NCBI GenBank assembly: GCA_043228905.1
Contig: JBHGNT010000009.1
Location: forward strand, 22,010,001 to 22,074,000
Reading direction: 5' to 3'
Origin: Azolla caroliniana
Lineage: Eukaryota; Plantae; Polypodiophyta
DNA: 64,000 bases
Positions 23,601 through 35,585 of the stretch are shown in pieces; position 1 is the stretch's first letter, and each line of letters opens with the position of its first letter. Made by a program: the position numbers and the translations under genes. The notes under the pieces are model-generated. The model was not told where the DNA came from and did not search any database. It saw nothing but the letters and a program-made list of their open reading frames with translations.

Positions 23601-26600
23601 AGGCACCAATAGAATCCCTTTTTCTGGATGATCTAGTAACTGCTCTCATGTCCTGACCTGAATGCACCTGCGAAAAAGCAATTGCTTATGATTCATGGTG
23701 AATCCTCATACCACAAAACGTTAGTTCTGAAAAAGATGAGCACCTCTTCAGTAAATTTTTTTAAGGGCGGTACATTTGTACAAGATTGCACAAAATCTGA
23801 TGTTACATTTGCAATGTTCCTGTGGCATTCAGTAGCATCAGGAAGAATAGAAAATGTTGTGTGCATGTATGAATGAGTGAATTTGAATGCATGACTGGCA
23901 TAGAGAGAATAAGTAAATAAAGATTAGTATCAGTATCAAGAATAGATAATAGTGTATGAGTATGCGTATGAGTGAACAAGTGAGTAAACTTTGAGTGAAT
24001 GGTTGAGATAGAGGTAAAGAAAGTGGCTAAAATAGGCATACATAAAAAGCACTCAGATGGAAATTAAGAAGTAATAAAAGCCAACTCAACAAATGAATAG
24101 ATCAACATAGAGCATAGATATGATCAAACACCAGCATATCACAATTAGATGTTAGACATGTCTATTTATTCATCAGACCAGTGCCAAAGAAGAAATGATG
24201 GTTGGTGTGAAATTTGAAACCACCCATTTTGCAGGGGATGGGGGAAGGTAAATATAAGAGCAAGGTTGTGTTAAACCATTTGTTATGATACATATACAGA
24301 GTATTTATGGTATTATGAGACTCATATCAGACATGTGATAAATATGGTAAAAGAACCGAATTACTAAATTCAGGCATGAGGAATATATCTCAAATTAAGA
24401 TCTAATAGATTAGATTACATGTTTGTGGCATGATGATTAGATATAATTTAGAAGTTCTATAAACAATTGTTATAAGTCATAGCATAAACTTCATCTTCTC
24501 AAAGGAAATATCTCCTAGACCTTCTCTACATAAGTTTTATCCACATTCTACATTGTGATGTAAATTCTCTAAGAGATGTAGATTGTAGCAGCAATAGACC
24601 AACAATACTAAGCATGTTTCTCTTTTTTGTATCGATACTTTGATTTCTCCTGTAGAAATCAACTTTATCCTTTTGATTCTCCAATAAGCTGTGTGAGAAC
24701 ATATCAAACAGACACCACAGAGAGAGAGAGAGAGGAGAGGAGGAGAAGAGATTAAATAAACAGTGTTGTTTTAGGTTAAAACAGAAAATCCAAAAATAGA
24801 GCTTACTGATTGCATCCATAAAATGTGCTGGGCCTTTTTCCTAGAATTTCCTTGGATGCAAAGTCATTCTTTTTTCCACAATCAGCAACTGGAATTAATG
24901 AAGTCGGGGTTTTTTGGCCATTGGATGTATGATTACGTGTGCCCCGCATTGTCTCTGGAATTTGTTGTGAATATTCATTATACGACATTCCCTTCACTAA
25001 TGCAACCTCAACATCAAATGCGCCAGCCTTATTCCTTTTGTGGACAAAATCCCAATCACCTGTCTGTAAAATGGCATTATGAACATAGCTGCTGCAATAG
25101 ATTCAATAGTCATCAAACTAAGATGCTTACAAATGCAGTTTTTGGGGGCTTTATTAATGAATTCCCCATAGCTGCATAGAAACACATGGAGATATCAGAA
25201 CACATATAGTATGGCTGTAAAATGACATATTTACTATGCTTTTAGCATATCCACACCTTTAGCAAAGAAATCTCAACTACAACATTGCTTATGGGAAAAA
25301 CATGAAGATAGCATACCAATATATCGAGAAGAAAGTTTTGAATAATCTCTTCCAGCTTCATTAAAATTCCTCGAAGCCTGAATAAAGTCCAGCAACAAAA
25401 GGCATGCAAAGGTTAAAGAAAGTTCAAAACGTTGTTAAAAATACACTGATAAAAAAAATTGTACGGAAAATTGTAGTGTTGATGTGTAACTCCGTTTCCA
25501 AGCTAAAGAGCTCTGAAGAAAGAAATAATGATATAAACCCTAAATGGCCTATAAGAGCAAGCCAGAGACTAAATCTTAACATGTTGTCTTGACTTTGAGA
25601 AAAAACCAAAATAAATGCAAGACATAAATAAAATAAAACGTGATTAAAGAATATCGTTATCGATACATTAAGATTCTCGAGTCAGAAAGATTGAAATTTC
25701 TGTTTTCAAAAGATCTCTACCATAGGTTGTTCCAAAATGGAGAGATGTCTGAAGCGCAGGAAGCACCTGCCATCATGTGGGAGATAATGTTCCTTGTCTA
25801 TCAATGACAAGGGTGGTGTGATCGTACATGAGACCAAGGCCTACATGTACGACAAATTGCTATTGTCCAATCTAATGTATAACCCCTTTGCAATGTCCTG
25901 GTCAGGAAGAGAGAATCGACGACGGTGTCCCAAAGCTACAATACCAAACAAATGGTGCAGATGAGGATTGAAATTTCAAAGGCATTCATTTTTTCAGCTC
26001 AGTTACCCTATAGCCACCTAGAACTAGGTTCACCTGGAAGAAAATTTGAGTTTTGATGTCATGTTTCTATCCAGACTAAACTTTTGTGCCTTTATGGACA
26101 TTCAATAGGCACTTTATAACTGCTTTTCATCTTTAGTGTTTAGATGAGTCCTCAGAGTCCTCTCCGAATCATGTAAATCCCAAGTGGCAGGTGACAAGCA
26201 GCAAGCCTTAACTTTCACGCCTCATGCCCTTAGCCCAAAGAGCCATTTTCAAGAGATCAAAGGCAAAGGCAAAAGGTAAATGCTGGCACCAAGAGCAAGG
26301 AGAGACATGAGAGCAAGATGACAAAGCAAATCCATAACTATGAAGTGCCATTTCACATGCTATTAGCATTTCACAACTTTGAGAATGAGTCTTTGAGCTA
26401 AGGCACAGAGCTTGAAAGTTAAGGCTTGCCAGTTGGAACTTACCTTATTACGAGAGAACTCTAAGGGCTTATCTAAACAAGTTATTACCTCTCTTACTCA
26501 ACACTCGAGTGTTATGGGTATTTGTTTTTTCAATTTCGCTTTGATTAAAGTGTAGAGACCACTCAATGATTGGATAGGAACAACCACCCGAATGATATGT

Positions 26601-28119
26601 GATGCAGGCATACCCATCTCAATGCATGAAAGAGAGAATAGGCATCAAGCAAATGTTGGCATTACTTTCAATCCATCCAGAATTTGCAAAATTACAAGGA
26701 AATGAATACAACCTTAGAGACCACTCAATGATTGGATAGGAACAACCACCCGAATGATATGTGATGCAGGCATACCCATCTCAATGCATGAAAGAGAGAA
26801 TAGGCATCAAGCAAATGTTGGCATTACTTTCAATCCATCCAGAATTTGCAAAATTACAAGGAAATGAATACAACCTTAGAGACCACTCAATGATTGGATA
26901 GGAACAACCACCCGAATGATATGTGATGCAGGCATACCCATCTCAATGCATGAAAGAGAGAATAGGCATCAAGCGAATGTTGGCATTACTTTCAATCCAT
27001 CCAGAATTTGCAAAATTACAAGGAAATGAATACAACCTTATGCCCTCTACAGGCACACATGATAGTTATGACTATTTTAGTACTGAAAAAAAAGAATCGA
27101 ATATTCAAGACATGGATTAAAGTACTCAATACAGAAACCTAAACCACATCTAATGTCTGTAATCATAAAACATTGGATACTCCCCATACCGAAAAGCAAT
27201 AGCAAAGGGCATTGATGATGCATTCTCATCCAAAAACAGAATGGCACTGGTACTTCATCGAACCGAAAATACAAAGGTGCCGATTACATCATCAAGTCAA
27301 AAACAAATGGGAATTGACCATGCCACCATGCCTATAGCAAAACAGGCCCATCATGTCATGGAGACAATAATAGAAGGCCTTGAATATGTCATCAGGCCAA
27401 AAACATGTCGACAATAGATAGTGGATGATGGTACATGTCTTTATCAAGATCCTTGACTAACTTCACCCATACCGAAAGGGTTTACATCATGGCCTGGATT
27501 TCAGCACAATAAGAAAGAATACAAAGGGTAGAAAACCAATTCTTTACCTCATTGATTATGACATTGAGACAAAAACGTGCTTTTAACAATAGATAATAGA
27601 AGACGGCATATGATCTTAAAGGCATCATGAAACAAACTTTTGCACACAATGAAAAAGAAGGCTATAAAAAAACACGTGTTTTACCACACAATGAGGTAAA
27701 AGAGAACATTCTTTTCTTACCTCATTCTTCTGATGTTGTCTTGTCTCTTTCTCTTGCTTTAACTTGTCAAGAAACGTTCTGATTTTCTCTCCTTTATCTT
27801 TCAGGTTCAACCTGAGATGGTTCGTGTATTTATTTATGTTTTGATTCAATTCATCATCTGTGAGGCAAGAAATCTTGTCTTCATCAGCTTGATCGCTCCC
27901 ATGACGAGAAGAAAACGTGTTCTCGGATTCTGTCAATGCTCTTCTCACATACATTGACACGCCTTTTTTATCTTCTTCTTCATCTCCTCTTCCTCCTTTA
28001 TCGCCATCCCGTGTCTTCTTCCCAGTTATGATGAGATCAGGCGTTTCTTCCTCCTGACGGCAAGTGAGAGCTTTATTATAATCTATGTCAAGAGGTATGC
28101 CTTTCGGCTGAGCTCCCAT
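20688..28119 (-). CDS. SUMO protease, C48 peptidase, OTS1/ULP1c-d-like (multi-exon)
   Basis: Exons with GT-AG junctions: 27721-28119 (start); several less certain middle exons; ~22174-22269 (DDPEAVEV...FLNDTVIDFYIK); ~21824-21918 (RFHFFNTFFFKKL); ~21526-21623 (LRKWVRGVNIFDKYLLVPIH); 21308-21436 (HWSLVIVC...LHLDS; catalytic His/Asp); ~21020-21158; 20875-20985 (VPLQQNAWDCGLF; catalytic Cys); 20688-20807 (FGRNWFKPQEAS..., stop). Confidence 0.88.
22014..22113. repeat. ~51-bp perfect tandem duplication (intron)
   Basis: ATGTCTTATTCCTTCAGGATTGACTAAGTTTATTGTGAAATACAAAGTTT x2. Confidence 0.9.
23157..23536. repeat. 188-bp perfect tandem duplication (intron)
   Basis: AAAACAACGCCAGGCC...GTGCTAATCTT x2, starting at 23157 and 23345. 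Confidence 0.9.
26553..27038. repeat. 162-bp tandem triplication (intron)
   Basis: TAGAGACCACTCAATG...AATACAACCT at 26553, 26715 and 26877. Confidence 0.9.
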
Positions 28120-28270
28120 GGGGAAATGCGCTTGCTGAAAGGAGGAGAAGGAGAAAATGCTTAGCTTCTGCTCGACATTTACCCTGATACCAGGAGAGAA
28201 AGAGAAAGGCCTTACATATCTCTCGATCTCTCCTTCTCTCGATCTCTCTCTCTCTCAATCTCTCTATTTA

Positions 28271-28301
<31 letters not shown>

Positions 28302-28758
28302 GTCTATCTGCGTGTCGGCTAAACAGACAAAACCTAAAACTGCAGAGAGTGCAGGGGGGCAGCAGAGTACCCGCCATCACCGTCTTTGAAAAAGCTTTGC
28401 AAAACTCAGCAGAGGAAAACATAATTACAGAAATGGCCTCCAAATCCCTCTCAACAGTTCCATAAATTGCTAAAATAGTCTCTCTTCATTTCTCACAAGA
28501 AAACAAGAACAAGAAAACTTCACCCCTTTTACAAGCATATATAACAGACACACACACACACTTTGAATGGTTTAGGGTTTAGGGTTTAATCCTTGTAGAA
28601 CATGATGTTTGTGATCCCTTCTCCATACAGAGTACTCTTCTCAATCGAATGACTTTTTTAGGAATGTTTCCAAAGAAGTATAAACTATACGGGTTCAATC
28701 GTGCATGCTTAGGGTTCATGGTTTAATCCTTGTAGAACAGGATGTTTGCGATCACTTC

Positions 28759-29208
28759 TGTTAACAATTAAGTAATTAACTAAGGGTTAATTAGTGACTA
28801 ATTATGTGAGTAATTAATCACATATGTGATTAAGCAACGGAAAATTATGTGATATGTGTGTGAGAGGAAGAGAGAGGAAGTTACACTTATGAACAAAAAA
28901 TGGAGAGTATAGCTAAAGGCTTTTCTCTATATTAATAAGCATCAAGTTACAAAAATACCCACAATGAGGTATATATACAACTCATGTGCACACGTGTGAG
29001 TAGAATATAGGTACAAGGATAAAATCCTATATTAAATATACTTGGTAGTGGATGATCTAGAACGTATCCCCACTTATGTACAAGTACAATATCTTATTTA
29101 AGGGTTTAAAAGGTGAACACTCTGACTAAATTCTATCTAAGTAACTACTAAGTTATGTTAACGTGGTTAACTAAATGGCTAAACTTAGTTGAGCTTGATA
29201 TCTCAACA
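28759..29208. mobile_element. Solo LTR
   Basis: TGTTAAC...CTCAACA with near-TSD ACTTC/CCTTC. It interrupts the second copy of a ~140-bp local duplication (28620-28710 is repeated at 29211-29301). Confidence 0.7.
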
Positions 29209-30825
29209 CCTTCTCCATACATAGTACTCTTCTTGATCGAATGACTTTTTTCGGAATGTTTCCAAAGAAGTATAAACTATATGGGTTCAATCGTGCATGC
29301 TTGATTGATCCCACACATCCCATGTCAAACTCGTAGTCTAGGTTTGGTGATCCCTCCGAAAATATACAAATATTGGAAAAAATGTGCATTGTGTGTGAAG
29401 AAGAGTTTTGTTTCAGGAGGAGAGAGTGTCTCCCTATGTAACTGGATATCTAGGGTATCGCGTCTAAGTAAGTTTAGTTTATGTACTCAAATGCTTACCT
29501 AGTCGAAAAATACTTAGAATGTCTCATTCTCTTAGAGTAAATTCATATTGTGATTGCAAAATATGATGGAAATTGTATGACCATATCATAGTTTGATCAA
29601 TAAACCCCACGTGCGTTTTGGTTGAAAATATCATGAATGCCCCAAGGCACAACATTAGAGCAACTTCCTTCACGAACTAAGGAGGTGAAGGAAACAACAC
29701 TAATAGCTAAGAAAGGAATTGATATATGCAAAAAATCATGAATGTGTATTGGTCCCCATTTCCTAATTTGAACTACAATTAGCGAGGAAATTAAGCTTCT
29801 AATATGACATGTTCTACATGCTCAATTTTTATGTAGAAAGCATATAGTAATTAATCGTTGTAATTCCACATACAATTGTAAGAAATTAATCTTCAAAGCC
29901 TCTCATGTTTTTTAACTATAAATTTATTCACTCAATCCCATTTGTCGTAGGATTAGGTTCTTGAACATAAACCTAACCCTATTCTAATAATAAACAAGCA
30001 AATATTTAGTGGCATTCATAACAAGCAAATATTTAGTGTCATCAATCCCCCTTTTTTGTAACAAGGTTTTCAAATCATTTTAATGGAGACAACTTGGAAA
30101 TACCTCTGATTGTTTTCCTCGGTTATGAATTTTCAAAACATTAATATTTAAATGTGACTCGTGGACTAAGAGCATGGCTTTAAGAATTTATTATCGGTTG
30201 TTTCAAGTTGAGATGTTATGACATGATTTTGTGTGTGTTATGTTATACCTACTATGCATAAAGTGCATTATATGTTGTCGAATGTTAGCTTTTTCCTACA
30301 AATATATCATGTTTCCTACTACAGTATAGACAAATGATGGAACTTAAGTGATGCATCTATATACATGAGTATTGCATTAACTAAGATCCTAAGCCTACAA
30401 TACATGTAGATCATGAGGATTTTTATTTCACTTAACTAGAAATTACCCATGCTTTCTTTCCATTTTGACAATTTTTAGTGTTACAAATTGATGCACTACA
30501 AGAAATACACATTAACGATGAGCTTGGACATCATATAATGGCACTTTAGATAAATAGCAACTTATAGAGCATAGACTTGAAAGGTTGTTTCAATCGCAAC
30601 TTTCTTCCCGTGTTCCATGTTGATAAGAGTGTCATTATGTTGCTATTGACATCATTGTTCACTTACAAAATAGGTTACAACAAACCTCTTCCATCTAAAG
30701 AGTTGGTCACAAAGGCAATCCCTTGTGTAACTAGTTAGCATGCTGAGGTCTTGTTCCTTGACGAAATTAACCTAAACAGAATATATTTCTTGATTCAATT
30801 GCGTGAACATCCCATTCATCAATGT

Positions 30826-33800
30826 TCATATTTCTAACATAAGCATATACCTAGATGCATTTCTTCCCTCGTCTAAAACAATGTAGTCTAGACATCGGCT
30901 TCCAAGCTCCCTATTACCATGTAGATTACAATGACCGAGCAAGGAGACACACCCCACATGGTCAGGCACAAAAGGTAAGCTATGGAGAAGGTCATTGGCA
31001 CTCAAGAGATAACCAGCTCGTGCAAGAAGATCAACGATACAATTATAATGGTCTAGACTTGCCGCAATTCCATGTTGTTGCACCATACACTGGAAATGGT
31101 ATAACCCTTCCTCTACAAGACCCATATGACTACATCCTGACAAAATGCACATGAAAGTGATGGCATCAGGTTCCACATCATGCTCCATACTATTAAAATA
31201 GTGATGGAGCATTTTGTGCCTACTGTTATGCACACAACCAGCCATTATTGCATTCCATGTTGCTGTGCTTCGTAGTCGTAAGCCTACAAATGCTTTATTT
31301 GCATCCTCAGGCCTTCCCCATTTTGAATACATATCAACTAATGTGTTGCCAACATGCAAATTGGACTCTAATCCATTTACAATGATGAAATCATGCAAAA
31401 GCATCCCTTCATAGATAGCTCCCATGGTTGAACAAGCTTTTAGAATACTCAGTATTGTTATACTATCGGGATCCATTCCACCGTGTTGCATTTGGTGGAA
31501 AAGTTGTAGAGCTTCTCGGGAATTTCCACCTTCCACGCGTGCAGAAATGGCGAGTCCCCATGTAACTTGATTCTTACATGGTGCTGTTCTAAACACGTAC
31601 TCCACATCATCAAGCTTTTCACATTTCATGTACAGATCAATTAAGCTGTTTACAAGGTAGACATTCGAGTCACATCCAGTTTCACAAACAAAATTGTGTA
31701 TGAGCTTCCCCAAATAGATATCTGTTTTCACAGAACATGCCTTAATGATGCACAGAAATGTGGAAAGGCTGGGGTCAATGCACTTAATTTCCAGCATTTC
31801 TTGAAAGAGTTTGAGAGCCTCTTGAGTAAAACCACCATTTGCATATCCTGCTATGAGGACATTCCATGTTATTACATCCTTGATGAGTGATTTATCAAAC
31901 ATGAGATTTGCAGCTTCTAAGCTGCCACAACTTGCATACATGTCAATAATGGCATTGTTCAGAACCTGATTGCCACCGAAATGGTGTTCTTGGATGTGAG
32001 TATGGATCATCACCCCATGTCTTAATAGACATCCACTGGAGCATGCCTTCACTATGCCGGCGAATATCATTTGATTAGGTTCAAATCCCTGCTGTTGTAT
32101 TTGATGAAAGATACGGAGAGCCTCGGTGCCTTTCCCATGTTGTGTATATCCTTCAATCATAGCGGCCCATATTACAACATCATGCATTTGGAAAGCCTCA
32201 TAGACAAGAGAAGCATCAACAAGACTACCACTTGCAACATACATATCGATGAGAGACCCAACAATTTCTGCTGTGCAGTTAAAGCTGTTTTGTACTAAGT
32301 GATTATGGACTAAATGACCACTTTCGAGTAATCCAAGGGTAGAGCACGATTCCAAAAGACTAACAATGACCTGTTCATGGTTTGCTTCAAACAGTGGTAA
32401 AACATGGTCATTGATCACAACCCTAGCACTTTTTTCATGGAATGCCTGCAGAAAGAAATTAGTGAATGTCCACGTTGCATCCACATGCATAGCACATTGT
32501 GCATATAGGCCTACAAATTCGCTTTCCATGCTGCAAAACTCAAAGTTATTCTCTTCCACAAAGTGATGTATCAACCTTGCTTGGTCCAATCCAGGCCATT
32601 GATGGATTGCATTCAGTATTATACTAAGCAAGACTTTATCTGGTTTAACCCCATTCCCAAACATCTTATGGAAGAGTTCAAAAGCTTCCAAATAGCATCT
32701 TTTACCTAGGTAAGCTCTTATCAGAATTGTCCATGTTACCACATCATGGTCCTGTGAATCATCAAAAACTTTTCGTGCATCTTCCAGACTTCCACATTGA
32801 ATATACAAGTCCAGAATTGTCTGAGAAACCTCAATATCTGTGTTCAACTCAGCCTCCACAATGCTTGAATGCATGACCTTGCCATGATGTGGGTCTCCAG
32901 CATTGCAGCAAGATTTCAGCATTCTCGTGTATGTTATTTTTCCAATCTCTAAACCTTGTTCTTGCATATTGAAAAAGAGGTCAAAAGCTTTATTCATATA
33001 TCCATGGATGGCATACCCGATGATCATGGCACGCCATATGACAACATCTCGAACTTCACACTTCCTGAACACTTCATATGCATCTTTAACACTAAAACAT
33101 TTCTGGTATGCATCAATAAGTGAAACTTGAAGGAAAGCATCTCTTATCAATCCACTGGAAAGAGCATGAACATGAATCATCTTTACCTTATCTAATGCTT
33201 CCATATTTGAGCATGCTTTCAAAATGTTAATGTAAGTGATTGTGTCAGGATCCAATCCCTCGACTTTCATTTGTGAGAACAAGTGAAAAGTTGCATGGTA
33301 AGACCCCTGTTGCACAAAAGCCTCTAGCATCACATTCCATGTTATAACGTCATGCACTTGAGACATATTAAATGAAGTGGATGCATCATCAAAGCAAAGA
33401 CATTTAGAATACATATGTATAACTGCATTCAAGATGAAGAGATTTGATTCAAACCCATTTTCAACAACATGAATATAAATACCTGAGCCATGTCTCACAG
33501 ATGCCATATTAGCAGAAGCTTTCATTGCTATAACATGAGTATGCTCATCGGGCTGAATGTTCGAATGCAGCATGAAATGATACAATTTGATAGCTTTCTC
33601 ACCATGTCCATGTTTGGCATATGCTGAGATAATAGCAGTGTAAGCAAACACATCTGGTTTCTGCAACTTCACGAAAACTTGTTCTGCCATGGACACCCTT
33701 CCATATCCTGCATACATCCTGATGAGATGACAACATAAAAACAGACTGAATTCATAACCTTTCTCGATCAAGAGGCAATGCAATTGGAAGCCAACAGGAA

Positions 33801-33873
33801 GGCATTTCTCGTGCATGGAAACCTTCATAGAAGAATAGAAGCTTTCCATCCCTTGCTTAGAGATGGGATTCAT
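30826..33873 (-). CDS. PLS-class pentatricopeptide repeat protein (organellar RNA-editing type), ending in the E region, no DYW
   Basis: Intronless 1015-aa ORF with many P-L-S triplets (DVITWNVLIAGYA...; NSLIDLYMKC...) and terminal P2-L2-S2-E1 motifs (HYNCIVDLLARAG...SLLGHCNLHGN). Confidence 0.92.
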   Translation of the reverse strand: MNPISKQGMESFYSSMKVSMHEKCLPVGFQLHCLLIEKGYEFSLFLCCHLIRMYAGYGRVSMAEQVFVKLQKPDVFAYTAIISAYAKHGHGEKAIKLYHFMLHSNIQPDEHTHVIAMKASANMASVRHGSGIYIHVVENGFESNLFILNAVIHMYSKCLCFDDASTSFNMSQVHDVITWNVMLEAFVQQGSYHATFHLFSQMKVEGLDPDTITYINILKACSNMEALDKVKMIHVHALSSGLIRDAFLQVSLIDAYQKCFSVKDAYEVFRKCEVRDVVIWRAMIIGYAIHGYMNKAFDLFFNMQEQGLEIGKITYTRMLKSCCNAGDPHHGKVMHSSIVEAELNTDIEVSQTILDLYIQCGSLEDARKVFDDSQDHDVVTWTILIRAYLGKRCYLEAFELFHKMFGNGVKPDKVLLSIILNAIHQWPGLDQARLIHHFVEENNFEFCSMESEFVGLYAQCAMHVDATWTFTNFFLQAFHEKSARVVINDHVLPLFEANHEQVIVSLLESCSTLGLLESGHLVHNHLVQNSFNCTAEIVGSLIDMYVASGSLVDASLVYEAFQMHDVVIWAAMIEGYTQHGKGTEALRIFHQIQQQGFEPNQMIFAGIVKACSSGCLLRHGVMIHTHIQEHHFGGNQVLNNAIIDMYASCGSLEAANLMFDKSLIKDVITWNVLIAGYANGGFTQEALKLFQEMLEIKCIDPSLSTFLCIIKACSVKTDIYLGKLIHNFVCETGCDSNVYLVNSLIDLYMKCEKLDDVEYVFRTAPCKNQVTWGLAISARVEGGNSREALQLFHQMQHGGMDPDSITILSILKACSTMGAIYEGMLLHDFIIVNGLESNLHVGNTLVDMYSKWGRPEDANKAFVGLRLRSTATWNAIMAGCVHNSRHKMLHHYFNSMEHDVEPDAITFMCILSGCSHMGLVEEGLYHFQCMVQQHGIAASLDHYNCIVDLLARAGYLLSANDLLHSLPFVPDHVGCVSLLGHCNLHGNRELGSRCLDYIVLDEGRNASRYMLMLEI

Positions 33874-35585
33874 GGATCAAGCAAAGATATGGGTTCTTCT
33901 TCTTTGTCTACTGATCATCTCAAGGGAGACATAGATTCACCTAGTGATTCCAATCAGCGGTAGGTAATCGATGGTCTCTGCAACAGAGCAAGAATAATCC
34001 CCATGTTAGAGAATTCTCCAGAAATGGGGACCTCCCCTGTTTCTTCAATCTTGAAAGACTGAAAAGCTGCTCAGTTCAGCTTTTACCAAGACCTCTTGTG
34101 TCTCCATCATTTCTTCTTGATCTCGGACAAATGCACGCGGGAAGGTCCCCGTGCTTCGGGAATTTATCCCGATGTGCTCATGGCACACCTCCGAAGCCCC
34201 GTGTCAGGGCCCGGCCATGCCGACCACAAACACATAGACATTGTCGTGCTTCGATTGAGGCTTCGTAGCCCACACATGGCATATACTCTTGGCTCCATTT
34301 AAGCACAAATGGTGCATATCAACATGTGTGGTGATGGGCTCAGCCATAGAACCTATATTGCATCTTTGCATGATCATGATGCGAACAATAGACCTACAAT
34401 TTAATTGGTACCTAGTGGGTAGATAATTCCTTTGGTTTTACAAACTTGGCTTATAATGCCCCTTTCATTTCACTTGACAATTGTCCTAATGTTTGAGCGT
34501 TTCTAATCAAGCATGAGGACGTGTTCTTATTGAGAGGAAATTACTCTATTTTTCTCTGATTATGTGCCGAATTCATTTATTCCAACTCCAAGTACAAATG
34601 GTCTCAGGTTTGTGAGGATGTTCCATTATTTTAATTGGGGTCTTGAACAACATTGTTCTCTTTGGTTGGGTTGTGGATCCTTCTACAAGATTTTCTGCTT
34701 GAATGAACATCAAAATTAACATTCCTTTTCAGCATCATGCAATCATCATATGTTGAGGAAACAAATATCTTTCATTTTCTTGTCCTTAATTAAATGCCTC
34801 TTTATGCTCCTCTAACAACAATGTCATGCATTTCTCACATTAATTTTGGATTTTGTGACTAAAAGCAATTGTGTACATTTTATTTAGCAAAAATTACAGC
34901 CATTGATATAAATGAGAAAAATGCTACATTAGGGTTGCAATTTTTTGAGCAACAAAATTTTTATGGTGAACATTATTCTTTTTGAAGAGTTTGAATTTCG
35001 ATCTAATCTGAAATCCCAAAATTGAGTCGCATATATATATATATATATATAGATAGATAGATAGATATGTTCACTGGTACTCTTCTTTGCATGCCTAATA
35101 GCATGCCATTTGTCTACGAAAGTTGTCTACCATGTCAAGCCATGGATATTTATGGCCATACTTCATACAGTGAGGTTACTCTAGCCATCCATTGAAAAGA
35201 TGTTCATTGCATACATGCCAAATCTTCTTTCCTCTCCATTCAAGAAGCTATCCCAATTCTTTGGAATCGTCAAATTATAGATATTGAAATTCGATGACGG
35301 GATTCTTGGGATGATGGACGATGTGCTTGTGCTGATCAGTGGAATCTTTGTAAAATGCTTCGGCACAGCGATCTTGGTCGTTGTTTGATATTCCTCATAC
35401 AGATTGAGACCACCTCATATAGCCATTGATTATGACATTCAGTAGATAATAGAGATTGCAATGACGTCAAATTGCAGGATACTTCCAATGATTCTAGTGT
35501 CAACTATGCTTCACTTTCTTGATTCCTTATTCACATTGACCAAACCTAGATTCCTTATTCACGTCGACCAACCCTAGATTCCTTA

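Noticed and set aside
24165-24180. Other CTGATGA occurrences (also ~14510, ~22557, ~27881) as possible hammerheads
   Set aside because: No stem II followed by GAAA and no closing stems.
28569-28587. Telomere-like TTTAGGG repeats
   Set aside because: Only about two units. Could be a telo-box, but too short to support a call.
30494-30505. CACTACAAGAAA, a canonical CACTA transposon terminus
   Set aside because: No matching inverted terminus, subterminal repeats or transposase found. At most a relic.
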